From Nitrosopumilaceae archaeon (GTDB lineage Archaea; Thermoproteota; Nitrososphaeria; Nitrososphaerales; Nitrosopumilaceae), in assembly GCA_965207375.1 (NCBI GenBank), contig CBDBMG010000001.1, positions 32,001 through 96,000 of the forward strand: a stretch of 64,000 nt of DNA. Reading direction: 5' to 3'. Positions 1-13,372 of this stretch are shown here, one piece after another. The notes below the pieces were generated by a model that made no database searches, was not told the origin of the DNA, and worked only from the letters and a program-made list of their open reading frames with translations. Position numbers and translations under genes: made by a program. How positions within the stretch are numbered: position 1 is the first letter of the stretch; the number at the start of each line of letters is the position of its first letter.

Positions 1-804
1 GCTTAGCTCCCCTCTCTAGATCTGGCTATGGCTGGGTGGGATAACCTATACCACTCTACTTCATGAATTTTTGATCATATAGCCCTTTCTGTCTCATTCA
101 CAAACTAGCTATGGGGAAATACATTATGTAGTGAATGATGGAGGTTATAGAATATGGATCTAACTAGATATAAAATCTGTAAAGTCTGGGGGGTTGAAAC
201 CCCCAGGGTACCTGACCATGGCACTGAGGGATACTAGTTTCCCAGTGAATAAGTCTTGTGATTAGCAGTGCAGCCTCTATTAAAATATCCTTCTTTTCTT
301 TCCACAGTTAAGGGGTTTATCACAAACACTACACTATATCCCACGGCTATAAACCTGTAAGAAGGCTTATAATTATGTAGCTTGTTTGACAGGGATGCAG
401 AAAAAATCATGTCACGATACTCTTAATCAGTATGCACTTCACACATGCAGTCTGCTATACACCAGACTACATATGAAGACAGGCCATACTGGAACAAAAT
501 TGAACAAAAAATTTATTACATTATATATGTGATCTGTTAGACTACACCCACTGAGAATAACCTTCAAAGCATAGTGCATGAATGCCTTCCCTTTACAATA
601 CTCTCTGTGGTGCTTAGCCCTATTGAAGCACATTTAAATACTGGGCTTCAGTTTATGGCAATATAAATTTTGTCCTACAATGTCTGCAGTGAATGGAAAA
701 GAATAACAGTAAACTTGAAAAACATACTATGCACCATGTTCATTAATGTCTTGCATGATAAGTAAAATAGACTGTACATGAGCTTGTGCATGATATTTTT
801 ATAG

Positions 805-880
805 GCACTGGTGATATGGGGTCAGCAGACATTTGCACCAATCACTTCAACCTTTCCCCCTCCTCCAACCATGAATGCTG
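805..880 (+). CDS. Multi-Ig gene, internal exon (end of signal peptide plus Pro-rich linker, ALVIWGQQTFAPITSTFPPPPTMNA); the first exon is probably upstream of the window
   Basis: ttttatag acceptor at 803-804, gtatag donor at 881; the phase-1 end joins in frame (G|TG) to the exon at 2845. Confidence 0.6.
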
Positions 881-963
881 GTATAGTCAAAATATTATTA
901 TTTCATTATTTAGTTATAAAAATTGTATTTATCAACATAGGAACACACTCTGGCAATGAATAA

Positions 964-2043
964 TCATTAAATATGGTAGTACTTAATAGTAGGGATTGGT
1001 AGGAAGTTGTACGGCTTCGGGAAAATTTTACGCTTCAAAAATCAACCTTGCAATAGGCTTTACCTGAAAAAAACGGCTGGAATGCATTGGTAAGGCTGTA
1101 ATGATGGTTAAACGAAACAACAAGTCGAATATTTCGACCTACAGCCAACTTTGAAAATTTCGAAATTCACCTGTATTTCGTCTGCCTGCCTGCCTGCCTG
1201 CCTGCCAGCCAGCCTGCCGTAAGACCGGGTTGCGTCAAGTGTAGGGCTCCAGAAATTTCACACAATAAAGGTAATGGCGGCGAATTTACGAAAATCGTAT
1301 TCCGAAGACGATTTACCCACTGCGCCATGGCAATTCCCTTTATCCTTCATTCCTTTCCTTGTTCTTTATGTATTCTTTAGCAAGGTGCGAATCTCACCGA
1401 AGGTGATGATAGCCTGTGACGGCTTCTGCTTATTGCGTCAGTGGCTTGCACGTGATATAATTAGTTACAGTAGCATGATGTTTTCGCGTGTACTCGCGTG
1501 TACTTTATTACACCGTGAACTTCAAGATTATAGCCTTGGACAAATAGCTTTTGCTGTTTTTCGAGCGTTATTTGCTATCACACAGCTGCTTTGCCATGTA
1601 AGCGCGTTGTTAACAAGCGCCTGTAAACAAGCATAATTATTATGTAAGCGCCTGTAACATTTTGTGCGCCTGCTAAAAGATTATTGAATGCTTAGCATGT
1701 ATAAAAAGTAAACAAACTAGAATGATAAAAATTAAAAATTTAAAAAGTAAGTAGGGATTGAATTTTGGATTTAATAGTGCTACAAAAAGTAAGGAAACAA
1801 GGAATAAGATTTTGGGACGAGAGAACATTCTGGCATGAGATAATTTATAAAAGTTTAATCCCTACTTTGGCAAACCTACTGAAGTGAGCCAAAAGTAGGG
1901 ATTAAACTTTTATAAATTATCTCATGCCAGAATGTTCTCTCGTCCCAAAATCTTATTCCTTGTTTCCTTACTTTTTGTAGCACTATTGAATCCAAAATTC
2001 AATCCCTACTTACTTTTTAAATTTTTAATTTTTATCATTCTAG
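964..2043 (+). mobile_element. Helitron-like non-autonomous element, family A, with a long 3' terminal palindrome
   Basis: A|TC start, CTAG|T end; ~157-bp inverted arms 1714-1870 and 1889-2046 with an 18-nt loop; internal (GCCT)n; relatives at 47151-48944 and 29514-42240. Confidence 0.75.
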
Positions 2044-2844
2044 TTTATATAAGACTAATACAAAAATGTCCATCAAAAGTATGTAGTTATAGATAGAATT
2101 TAAAAAATCTTGTGCCAGTATTGTTCCATATATCCTACTGCATTTTCCTTGGAATTTTAGGCATGGGGGTTAGGCATGGGAGAGACAAGGTATTTCACTT
2201 GTGTGTAGATGGTAGGTTTTCCAAAATTCAGTCACATTTACTTTTTTGTTCTTTCACCCACATATTTTCCAAGCATATATGTAGCTACTCTCATGCCTAT
2301 CTAGTCATTTTTATCATTGCCTCTTCTTTATTTTTCTACTTTGCCACTTCATAACTCAGACCCACAAGCCAATTAAAAGTATTTCTACAATTATTCTGGT
2401 AATTCAATGTATCCCTAACAGATATATCAGACTGTTTAACCAAAGTCTCATTTCAAGCTTAGTGAAATACTTGTAATTATTTTGTTTGTCTCTTGTGTGT
2501 AGATGGTAGGTTTTCCAAATCCGGTCACAAATATTTACTGATTGAAAAGGACCAAAACGGCTATTTTTAGAAGTAGAATATTGGAAGTCACCAACGACAG
2601 GTTATGTATCCTTACTAGTGAGTTAGCATCTACATTGTGTAATGCATAAAGCTATAGCTATGTAGCATAAGACATAATAGCTGCTTATGATTAACATATA
2701 TCATATGCTTATGTAGCTTCTTTAACTCTCAGACACCTTTAATTACATTATTTTCATCTTTTCAGTTGTTTCACATAGTTACCATCCCTATTTCCTTAGT
2801 GTATATATACATAGTAATTTATGCATGTTGCCTTTATTATATAG

Positions 2845-3177
2845 TGGTAGATGGATCCTTGGTTGTGTTTGTTGGAGAACCTGTTGTAGTTGGAGAGGAT
2901 GTACGAGTGACTATTGACTGTAGTCCACTGATAGATGAAGCAATAGCTGGTGGAATTCCAAATCCCACTGTAACATGGTTTAGAGATGGAAATGAACTTA
3001 CAAATGCAACTGTAACAAATGTTGAAATATCTGCTGATATGAGACTTTGTATAATTACTGATACCTTACTGGCTGTTGGTGATCAACTTGGAAATAAAGG
3101 CAATTACTCCTGTCAAGTTTGTGAGGATCCCATAGATCATAATTGCAGAAATAGAACCACTTGCAGTGTAGTTTGTG
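2845..3177 (+). CDS. Multi-Ig gene exon, Ig-like domain 1
   Basis: VTIDC...PTVTWFRDG...GNYSC Ig signature; atag acceptor, gtaagt donor, phase 1-1. Confidence 0.9.
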
Positions 3178-3236
3178 GTAAGTAAGATTTTTGTTGTTTT
3201 CCTTGTTATAATGAATTGGGACCTATATTTCTTTAG

Positions 3237-3545
3237 GCTACCCTCATATAGTGCCAGCAACTGGACCACCAACTGTGAATCCATTTTTTATATCACTGAC
3301 ATGTGGACAAGACGTTACTGTTGGAAGTTTAGCAGGAGTAGTTTCTCTTTATATTGGCTGTCAGGCATTCAATGGATCAGAACCTTTGGTTACAGAAATT
3401 TACAAGGATGGTGAACTCATCGGAGGTACAGGTTTTACATTTACAATGCTACCTCCCAGTGATGATGATTTTGGTACATATACTTTTGCACTGTCAACTG
3501 AAAAGTGTGGTACAACTACAGCAGTGTCTAGAATAATTCGTCAAG
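3237..3545 (+). CDS. Multi-Ig gene exon, atypical Ig-like domain 2
   Basis: IGC...EIYKDG...DDFGTYTF motif; follows a 59-nt gt-ag intron (3178-3236); phase 1-1. Confidence 0.85.
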
Positions 3546-5880
3546 GTTAGATCTTGATATTTACTTTTTATAAAATGGTAGTTACAGGGTAACTATATAC
3601 CATGGTTAATTACAAGTGTTACTATACAGCTATAAGCTATTATAATATATACACAACTAATGATAGGGAAATATGATGAAAAGTCCAAAGTGTTAACTTG
3701 CTACTCCCCTTCATATTTAAGCTGTTAATGACACTTCAATTACTCTACATGGTTTCTTGTCAGCACTTGCTTATAATTAACACTTAAAAGTAGCAGTGAT
3801 ACAGTGGTGGCTGAAGGGTGGTTGAGAGGCTCCCGACTTTATAAAATTCATGGGCAGAGCCCCTTCAAAACTAATGAATTGTGATGTAGTACAACATTTA
3901 CTACCCTAATAGAACAGTCGATAAGAACACATCAAGAATCCTATTTGCTTCCACTGCATCTGTGATATGCTTAACAATAATAGCCTGGCTGAAAAAGTGT
4001 GAGGCCAATCAGAAGGAGCATTATCAAATGGTTATAGGTAACCAAAAACTTTGATATCAAGTAGCTATGGCCAAGAAAGTAAAATTAATCCTAAACAAAA
4101 ACAGCCTGGCTGTAAAAAAAGTGCAAGGCGGCATTGTATCAAGTGACAACCAACCAAAGACTTTGATATCAAGTACAGCCAAGAAGGTAAAACTTTTTGT
4201 TAAAAATCCTTTCACTTGAATGATATAGCTACAATAGTTTGTAGGACATTTTCACAACTATGCACTTGACCACCTTTATAAATAATGGATGGTACAAAAA
4301 GGTGGCCAAGTGACAAAACCAATGATAGTTGCGAAAATGTCCTGTAAACTAGTATATTTACCCTGTAAAGCAATGAAGAGTCATAAAAGAGCCTGTGGGG
4401 TCACTGAAGGGCATTATTAATGTGGCATGGGGTGCCAAGCAGCTCCCTATGTCCACCTCAGCTTGTGCTATGGTCTGGGTCCACTATGATCAACTACTAA
4501 ACATATCATGCAGCTTGGCTGCCTCTGTCTACTGGCAGTTATAACCAACCCACCATCACCCTCTCCACCCCCTTCCCACCTGTTCTCCCCTTATATGCAA
4601 CGTTCATGATATTCCGGAAGCCTCTCAAAAATCAATGATTTCAACTAGCTGCCAACTTTGTTCATATAATGCTACGTAGGTATGTATAAAACTAGTCTGC
4701 TTTGTTGCAAATCTAGAGTGATTATATACAATTAAGCATACAGTGTCTTGAATAATTAAAATTGGTATTTGTGACAATATAGCCAGTTTTCAGGCACAAA
4801 CAGTACAAGATTAACTGTGATGCATAGCCACACTGAACTCACCATATCATGAAGCAGCTACAGTAAAACTCAACTAAACTGCTACTGTTCTGGGCTTTGT
4901 ATTGTTAATTTACTGGATTGTAAGTCAGTGTGAAAATAGTCTGCATTAGCTATACATCACTGATCCTTTAAATAGCTCTCCTGTGTGTTAGCACATTACA
5001 GTATAACCGATTTTCCAACATACAAACTATATTCTGTATAAGCAACAATGCAGTCAAATGATTGGTGTGCTATAGTTAGCATTTATCCTAAGGTGATCAT
5101 GAGAGTGGCTGATAGCCATTAATGTGATATACATGGATAGTCACTTTACTGAATTTTTTGAAAGTTTGTTCATATATAGAATAGTTGCATAAATGGCTAA
5201 TTAATTACTTCCGTGTAGCAAAATTGCATGCTTTGTTATATGAGTATTTCATCAGTAGAAGTTTTGTTACAATGCCTCTAAACATTGCTATGTTAGCAGG
5301 AGGCAAGGAGGAAGGTACGTATAGTAGAAACATGTAGCTAGAGTGGATAGATTTCATTTTCACAGTCAGCGAATTATTGCTAAGTATTAGCAGGTTTTGT
5401 GTTGGCAGCAAAATCCTTTTCCCTTGAATAGAGTGAGTGACATTAAGAGAATGCTAAGATGATGGTATTGGGCAGTAGCTACATACTTAACATTTCATTG
5501 GCAAAGCTATGTATGTTACAGCTTTGTTTAGAGAACGTGACCTTTGATGATTTAAGTAGAGCACTTGTTCTTGTTGGATACAGTAGAACCACTCTGAATT
5601 TAAGTGTCTTTTGCCATAGTATTTCCCAACCACCTTCCTGTTATTTTTAAAAAATCAGTACCGAATTTATGTCAAAAGAATAATTATAGCTAACAGACAG
5701 CTGAACTACAGCAAAAATTGAAATCATGCCACTCTTTTTATTTGCCACACGCAAGTTGTTTTACATCATGTTTGTGACGTGTTTGCAACCACTCTGTACA
5801 AGAAGCAATTTGACGATTTGTCTGTCTGACTTATTTAATTACTCTTGTTTTGTTTTTAATTAATTAATTAATTTTATTAG

Positions 5881-6195
5881 GTGTTCCACCAGACATTAAT
5901 GAGGGGCCATTTATACCACAGCCACCTACTGTTATGCCTGGAGACATGACAGTTACAATAGGAACTCCTACATATATAGTTGATGGATTTGAAGTTACCC
6001 TTGTCTGTAACATTGCTAGTGGGACACGCCCAATTACCATTATGTGGATTCGTAATGGAGCATCTTACCCAGCTGGAGGAAATCAATCTATTATTACAGT
6101 ACCTGATACTGATTATAATGATGGCGATGTCTTCACTTGTAGAGCTGATAATATTATAGGGTTTGACATGGAGAGTACTACTATAAATGTGTTTG
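5881..6195 (+). CDS. Multi-Ig gene exon, Ig-like domain 3
   Basis: VTLVC...ITIMWIRNG...DGDVFTCRADNIIG; ttattag acceptor, gtaagt donor, phase 1-1. Confidence 0.9.
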
Positions 6196-6765
6196 GTAAG
6201 TGAAATTTCCATATTTTCATTCATACGTAGTAACATACAATTAATATACAAGTCAGTCTCATTGCATAATTTCATTTCAATGATATAAGAAGTGAAATAT
6301 TGACAACTTTACTGAAATCTGTGTTATCAAGTGGTAATGAGTTACACAGCCAAGTAGCTAATTAATTCATGCATAGTCATAAAGCATGCCACCACCACAA
6401 TGAGTATTACAAGCATGTAATAAAACACCAAACTGAATTGTTACTAAACCTTTTAGCTAAATACTGGGCTCCATAAAACCACTTACCAGTAATCTTCACT
6501 ATGTCTTCCAACCTAGGATGTTAATCCTTTTCTAGCTTCTACTTATATGGATTCTATAGGACATTCTAAGTCTAGACCTGTCACTGGTTTTTACAAAAGT
6601 TTCTTGACATAAATAGTATCATGCACTTATGATATAGTTTGGTCATTCTCTAAATCAATTTTGTGGGTTCAGACTGAACCATCGCTATAATATTATATGG
6701 CTCATGTATCCTTGACTAATTAAGGTGTGAGTTTTATATTTTACATTAGCTAATAGCATTGAACT

Positions 6766-7665
6766 CAGGGGCGGCTCCAGGATTTTTAAAGGGGGGTTTC
6801 GAGGCAATGGTTATATATAAAATATATTGCAATTATTCACATTATTATTTTAAATGAAGTGCATTGTAACCTACTGAAAGCTATAGATGCATGAATCTAC
6901 TCGCTGCTGTTCCTGCAGCTCAGCAATTGTATAGCTAGCGATATTTATGTATGCATGGTTAGTTATTTATACTAAAACCCTGTGTACTACATGATTCTTC
7001 TTTCCTGTTATCAAAAATCTTTCAGTGCCCCTCTGCAGAGAATTTATCACGTGAGCACTCACGTGAGCAAAAATTCAAATCACTGAGACTGAGTAGTGTA
7101 TTATCTTTGAAAAAGCTTGTTAATATTCATTATTTCATCCACCATAGTACCTTTAGTTTGAACCTGAGTTTGAGTTATTCTGCCCTATCATCATGTTGAT
7201 CAGTTCAAAACGGGTCACTGGCGAGCCGCATGTTTAAATTCCTGGGAGAAAAGGCGCACAACCTCCTCATGAGATCCCTCTTCAGTACATCATTCACCGC
7301 ATCGAATCAAATGCACGTTAATTAATCTCCTCATCTGTCATATTACGGTAGCCAGTGCTTGCATGGAAATAATTATCGAAATATTTTAGCGGCGCTTGTA
7401 TCGGGTATCCATCACAGTAGCTAGCTGATTCCAGGTCAGCAATTTAACTAATCTTTTAGTAATAAAGAATGCTCTATGAGCTAGTACATTGTTTTTATGT
7501 GAATCTCCAGGCATAATCAAGCCGGTTCTGGTGCTTTAAAGTACAACAAATTAATAATTATTTTAGCACCTATTAGAATAATTATTTGAAGCGCTTGTTT
7601 TAGAATAAGCACAATTTGGAAGGAGGGGTCTCCAGACCCCAAAGACCCCCTTGGATCCGCCCCTG
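6766..7665. mobile_element. hAT-like non-autonomous element, probable 5-bp TSD
   Basis: CAGGGGCGG..CCGCCCCTG; flanks gaact/gaatt. Confidence 0.8.
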
Positions 7666-8738
7666 GAATTGCATAGCATATGTGAGAGCAACACTGATTG
7701 TCAGCCTTGTTTGAAATTTATAATTATGTTTTAATGTATAGAAGCCATTCATATCATTTTCATAAGTGAGTATACTAATGTAACACATAAAAATTCCTCC
7801 AAACTGTTTTTATTCAACCAATAAAGTTATGATACCTTGAACTTATCAGACAAAGAAATTAAATTAAAGACGATAGTATCATTACAATTGGAATTGCCAT
7901 ACAATGCTCTATCTAATTCCCACTCAAGTCACATTAATCACCTAAACTAAAGTATGCATGCAAGTACCACACTTAGTGCTTTTTATACATGCAGCTATCT
8001 AGCTAACAGTAGTCAAACATCATACCACTGTTACTGTTCATTACATAATTTTTGAGACCTATTACAATCAGGTGATACCTGTCTTTATCAGGTGGTCATA
8101 ATATAAGGGTTATTGATGAGGTGGGTCATTGTACACATATCCGGCTTAATTTTTTTCTCATTGAGTAGCTAGCTATAATTAATAGTCTGGTTTTTCTGGG
8201 CAGTGATGTTGCATTTCACTATCTCAGTAAAGTAATTCTTACTCTTTTAACAAGCAACCTAAGAAAGTAAGTAAGTCCTCAGACCCCGCCCTTAGTTTAA
8301 ACATCCTTTGAATTTTGTTCCATATGTGTAGAGCTTGTCTTTGCTCTTCGTACTTTAAGGTCACAGAGTTACCAAATAAAATATGATTAAGGTGCTTGAT
8401 TTATAAGCCTTCTATGACTGTTTTAAGTTACAGAAGATACTTCACATTTGTATTAAAAGAATAATATAAACTACCCAATAAGTTAACCACTTAGCTATAA
8501 GAGTTGACAGCTATAAGTGATGAAACTATAAGAACTATTTATCAAAAATCAGACTTTAAGGTATATTCAAAATGTTCAGGGAATGTAAACTAGTCCTTTT
8601 GAACATTTTTATAGCTTAACTTTTGATGCATTATCACTTTGTTTGTATACAGAAGTCATTATTACTTTATTAGACCCCCAAATTATTCTGAATTGAGAGA
8701 ATGGAAATACTACAAGCAAAATTGGTATAGATTACTTG

Positions 8739-9769
8739 TAGTTTTGTTTTAGTTAATCAAAACTAAAACTAAAAATAATTTTAGTAAAGCAGTTATATTT
8801 TAGTTAACTAAAACTAAAATTAATTGTGAGTTAGTACTAAAACTAATACTAAAGCTAAAATTAATTGTGAGTCAGTACTAAAACTAAAACTAAGTTAGAA
8901 TGTAAATTTTTACTAAAACTAAAACTAAAAGCATAACTAAAACTAAGGGTAATAGTACGTCTTCAAATGGCATATTTGGTGCAATATAACGCTGTTTAAA
9001 CCTGTTTTAAGCTAGGGATGCGCCTAATATGCTCAAAAATTTACCTATTATTCCTTCCAGAACTTCTCAAAATCTTTCCCTATTATTCTTTAAAATACCA
9101 CCTATTATTCCCAAATTATTCCCAAATTATTCTGCTCTGACAGTAAGAAAATAATAACTACAGCTAACTAACTATTGATTACACAGCTAGCTATAGAATT
9201 AAAGACCTTGCATAGAAAGTACCTTATAACATTGAGAAAGTCCACAAAGTGATTGCCGAGTTGGAGACGAAATATTTTCAATATGCGCTATAATCAATTG
9301 CGTGGGCGGACGATCGTTTAATAAATCTTATGCTCACTGAGGACCTATTATTCTAGAATAATTCTCGTATGAAATGGTACCTATTATTCCTCAAATTATT
9401 CCGGCATATTAGGCGCAAACCTGTTTTAAGCCTATTTTTAATCAATACTAAAACTAAAAATAATTTTAGTAAGACCTTTTTATTTTAGTTAGCTAACTAA
9501 AACTAAAACTAAAACTAAAATTAATCAGAAATATTACTAAAACTAAAACTAAAAGTATTTAGAAATATAACTAAAACTAAAACTACAACTAAAAATACTT
9601 CAGAAATCTAAACAACTAAAAATACTTCAGAAATCTAACTAAAACTAAAACTAAAACTAAAAATAATTCAGTAATCTTACTAAAACTAAAACTAAAACTA
9701 AAATTATTGAGCTAAGTTACTAAAACTAAAACTAAAACTAAATTACAAGCCCTTACTAAAACAACACTA
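8739..9769. mobile_element. hAT-like MITE with (AAACTA)n subterminal arrays
   Basis: TAGTTTTGTTTTAG..CTAAAACAACACTA; 8-bp TSD attacttg. Confidence 0.8.
9013..9423. mobile_element. hAT-like MITE nested in 8739-9769
   Basis: TAGGGATGCGCCTAATATGC..GCATATTAGGCGCAAACCTG; 8-bp TSD ttttaagc. Confidence 0.85.
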
Positions 9770-9982
9770 ATTACTTGACAGTATTTTTGATGAATAGTGT
9801 GCCTGTACGTACACGCCAACTAGCTGCATGTATCGGAATGCATCAAAAACCCTTAAAGTGACGAGGTAATATGACTAACATGCAGCCCATGTATTTCTGT
9901 AAAACACACAATCATTACGTAACAGTTGGATTAATAACTACCCGTTCCAGGTTTTGTTTAGCAAGAGTTTATAAACTCCTAT

Positions 9983-10578
9983 TATGACTGCTGTCACTAT
10001 GGCTACTGTCACTATGACTACTGTGATTATCACTATTGTTACTATGACTACTGTGACTATATGACTACTATGACTATGATTACTGTGACTATGACTACTG
10101 TTACAATGACTACTGTGACTATCACTATTGTTACTATGACTACTGTGACTATGACTACTATGACTATGACTACTGTTACAATGACTACTGTTACTATGAC
10201 TACTGTGACTATCACTATTGTTACTATGACTACTATGACTATGACTACTATGACTACTGTTACTATGACTACTATGACTATGACTACTATGACTACTGTT
10301 ACTATGACTACTATGACTACTGTTACTATGACTACTGTTACTATGACTATTGTGACTGTGACTACTGTCACTATGATTACTGTGACTGTGACTATTGTCA
10401 CTATGACTACTGTTATTATGATAACTGTGACTGTGACTATTGTGACTGTGACTACTGTTACTATGACTATTGTGACTGTGAGTACTGTCACTATAACTAT
10501 TGTGACTGTGACTACTGTTACTATGACTACTTTGACTGTGACTACTGTCATTATGACTACTGTCACTATGACTATTGT
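9983..10578. repeat. Compound trinucleotide-period simple repeat (ATG/ACT/GTG/GTT/ATT)
   Basis: Direct reading; intronic, ending ~19 nt before the acceptor at 10597. Confidence 0.95.
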
Positions 10579-10597
10579 GAATTTGTGTTGTTTGCAG

Positions 10598-10936
10598 AGC
10601 CACCACAAATTCTACCTATTCCTTTCCCAACTCCTCCACCTGGTGAAATGACAGTCAGTATTGGTCAACCTATGAATACTACTATTACACCTGGCACAGA
10701 TGTTACTATTTACTGTCCATCCAGTGGTATTGATACTCCTAGTATTGAATGGTTTAGAAATGGTGTAATGGTTGTGGCTGGTGGTCGGTTTACAATCTCT
10801 ACAACAACATTACCTGGAGCAGTCATTACTAGTGTTTTAAGAATTGATGATTTTCAGGCATCAGATGCTGGTACTTATACCTGTACTTCTACCAATATAG
10901 TGGGTTCAGATGATGGAGGTACTACGTTGCTAGGAG
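10598..10936 (+). CDS. Multi-Ig gene exon, I-set Ig domain 4
   Basis: VTIYC...PSIEWFRNG...LRI...DAGTYTCTSTNIVG; tttgcag acceptor, gttagt donor, phase 1-1. Confidence 0.92.
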
Positions 10937-11322
10937 GTTAGTTGTTACAGGCCACATATTTTATTTCATTATTATGTCAAATTTGTTGTAACACCTTCAC
11001 ACAATTACATCAAAGGATACAGGTGTGGATATCAGCACACTTGGCTGTGGCATAACCAGGACATCAAAGTATATAAGTGTGGCATAACCTGATGTCACCT
11101 ATTTGAAGTGTTCAACATCTTTAACTTGGTCTTTATATAGTCACACCAATGCAATATCAATTGTGGTTTTTAGTTTTTTAAGCTGTTTGCTCAATACAGT
11201 TTTGTTTTTAGTCTAAAAATGTTTCTAAAAACTATCTGTTATCTATTTCAAGTTTATAAGCCGAAGTATAACTAAGCGCCATTTGAGGTGAGTTGCTCAC
11301 GTGACAAAAATAATCTATTTAC

Positions 11323-11706
11323 TGTGGGTCTCTATTTTATCATTGTCATGACGTTCTTGCATGATAGTGGCAGTGATTGTGGGTTTACCACAACTTTTTA
11401 TAAAGCTGCAAGACTTATAATGGGCTTAATATAATGGTGAGTATTGTAACTAAAGTAGATTAATATACATACAGTCATGACTGTATGTATATTAATCTAC
11501 TTTAGTTTTGTAACTAAAGTAGATTAATCTACTTTAGTTTTGTAACTAAAGTAGATTAATATACATACAGTCATGACTGTATGTATATTAATCTACTTTA
11601 GTTACAATACTCACCATTATAATTATAAAGCCCATTATAAATAAACCCACAATCACTGCCACTACCATGCAAGAACGTCATGACAATGATAAAATAGAGA
11701 CCCACA
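11323..11706. repeat. Nested (multi-order) palindrome
   Basis: Outer inverted arms enclose perfect palindromes 11448-11507, 11512-11539 and 11544-11603, separated by ttgt. Confidence 0.9.
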
Positions 11707-11867
11707 TGTACAATGAGTACTCATTACTATATAAAGAGGCTGAGAGTTTAGCATCAAGGCCATCCAATTGGTAATGATGTGTGATATTGAGTTTTTATAG
11801 ACTATACAATATCAATTATAATAATTCCTTTACAGGTTCAATATCGATACAATAATAAATATCTGCT

Positions 11868-12747
11868 CAGGGGCGTGCCGAGGGGGGTTTCCAGGGGTTT
11901 CAGGAAACCCCTATGGATTTCACCAAGTACTAGAAAATTATTTAATAAGTAGACTTCAGTTTATGATTCAATACAAATCATCATTATAAATATAGCAACA
12001 TTTACTATTATAACTTACAGCTTGTAGGCCTTCATCTAACTGAGGCACACATAAGCCTTCCCTTCAATGTTATAAGGTGAGCTCTAATTAGAATCGCGCA
12101 CGTGCAGGTTGTACTATTTGAGATGAAAACGCAGGCAGACTTTATTTGGCTGTAACTTTATCAGGGATAAATACAGGTAATTACTTTAATACTACCTAGT
12201 GGTATAGAAACTATATAATAGTAATTATTTTCATAGTCTAAGGTTAATTATACTATACCTCTACATACAACTGTGGCAGTATTAATATACTTGGAATTTC
12301 CTTACGTACTACGCGCTAGGTGTCTTTCTAGGGGTTTCTTTCAATATTTCTTATAAGCATCTTGTAGTTGTAAATAAACTGGATTGTTAAGAATTTGCAT
12401 TACTAGCTGTAATCCCTGCATATACGTACTTCCAAATGTCCAATGATAACCCTAAATCATAATATATTTTCAGTAAAATTGATAGCCCTTTGCAAGCCCT
12501 TTAGTTTAACTCCTTAGATATGTTTAGTCATAGCCATAGCTGTTTACTGTACTTCATATACCTATAGCTAAAATAAATGCTACTTAAAAAGAAACAACTG
12601 TGTAAATTTTACTGTTAAAATTTACTACAAGATCAAAATGCAATTATATAAAGTTCGTCAGCGGCTGGGGGCTGCGCCCCCAGACCCCCGCGTCTTGGAT
12701 CTACAACCAGTGGAAACCCCTTTCAAAAAATCCTGGGTACGCCCCTG
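11868..12747. mobile_element. hAT-like non-autonomous element, 6-bp TSD
   Basis: CAGGGGCGT..ACGCCCCTG; TSD tctgct. Confidence 0.85.
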
Positions 12748-12799
12748 TCTGCTATATGTACCAAGTACCCACTGCCAAGTAAATGATTAGTTGCTCTAA

Positions 12800-12878
12800 G
12801 AGTTTGCTACTGCAGGTTTTTATAAATGCTTGCTAAATAATTTAGCAAGCATTTATAAAAACCTGCAGTAGCAAACTC
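12800..12878. repeat. Perfect 79-bp palindrome
   Basis: 39-bp arms with a 1-nt centre. Confidence 0.9.
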
Positions 12879-13372
12879 ATCGAAGGTATGATATTTGAGC
12901 AACTTTACATGCAAAAATCTTTAAACGATAAATTGTTTATGTAAGGTAAAAAATCAATAATGACATTGATACGGTATCATCGATTATTGCAATATGGATA
13001 AAATATATTGCACATCATTACCAATTGGTGTCCTCTATAGGAACCATTTTTTTAATTGTGACATCACAGGTCGGCAAGATGCCCTCCAGAAAAGCAGACC
13101 GATTCATATTGGACAATAGAGACCGAGGGGTCCTTCGTTCTTTGAAATGTCATTGATCAACTCTAAAATTTATTTGAAATGTTTTGAAATTCTGAAATTC
13201 GAAATCTTATTAAACCAGGCGCGCGCCGGCCTGCCGAGCCTGGTTTCTTAAAATCACTTCAGTGCGGATGTCTGTGTGTGTCCGCCCCCCGGGCTATTAA
13301 AAACTATTCACGTGAAATAAAGTCTGAATAACCTATCAAACAAGTCCTACTGCCTTTCACTCTGTACGGCAC

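Larger units (their letters stand above)
11772..13020. mobile_element. hAT-like MITE (host of the 11868-12747 element)
   Basis: TAATGATGTG..CACATCATTA TIR; 8-bp TSD ccaattgg. Confidence 0.8.

Noticed and set aside
1274-1636. 120-aa ORF inside the family A element
   Set aside because: No recognisable motif, and not evidently conserved as an ORF in the other copies
8739-9769. Regular AAAACT repeats resembling a telomeric or CRISPR-like array
   Set aside because: Bounded by TIRs and an 8-bp TSD, so these are MITE subterminal repeats; no spacers or cas genes, and the context is eukaryotic
9938-10651. Long His/Ser-, Val/Thr- and Thr/Met-rich ORFs (possible mucin-like exon)
   Set aside because: By-products of a 3-nt-period simple repeat; the + strand ORF is out of frame with the Ig exon and has no compatible splice sites
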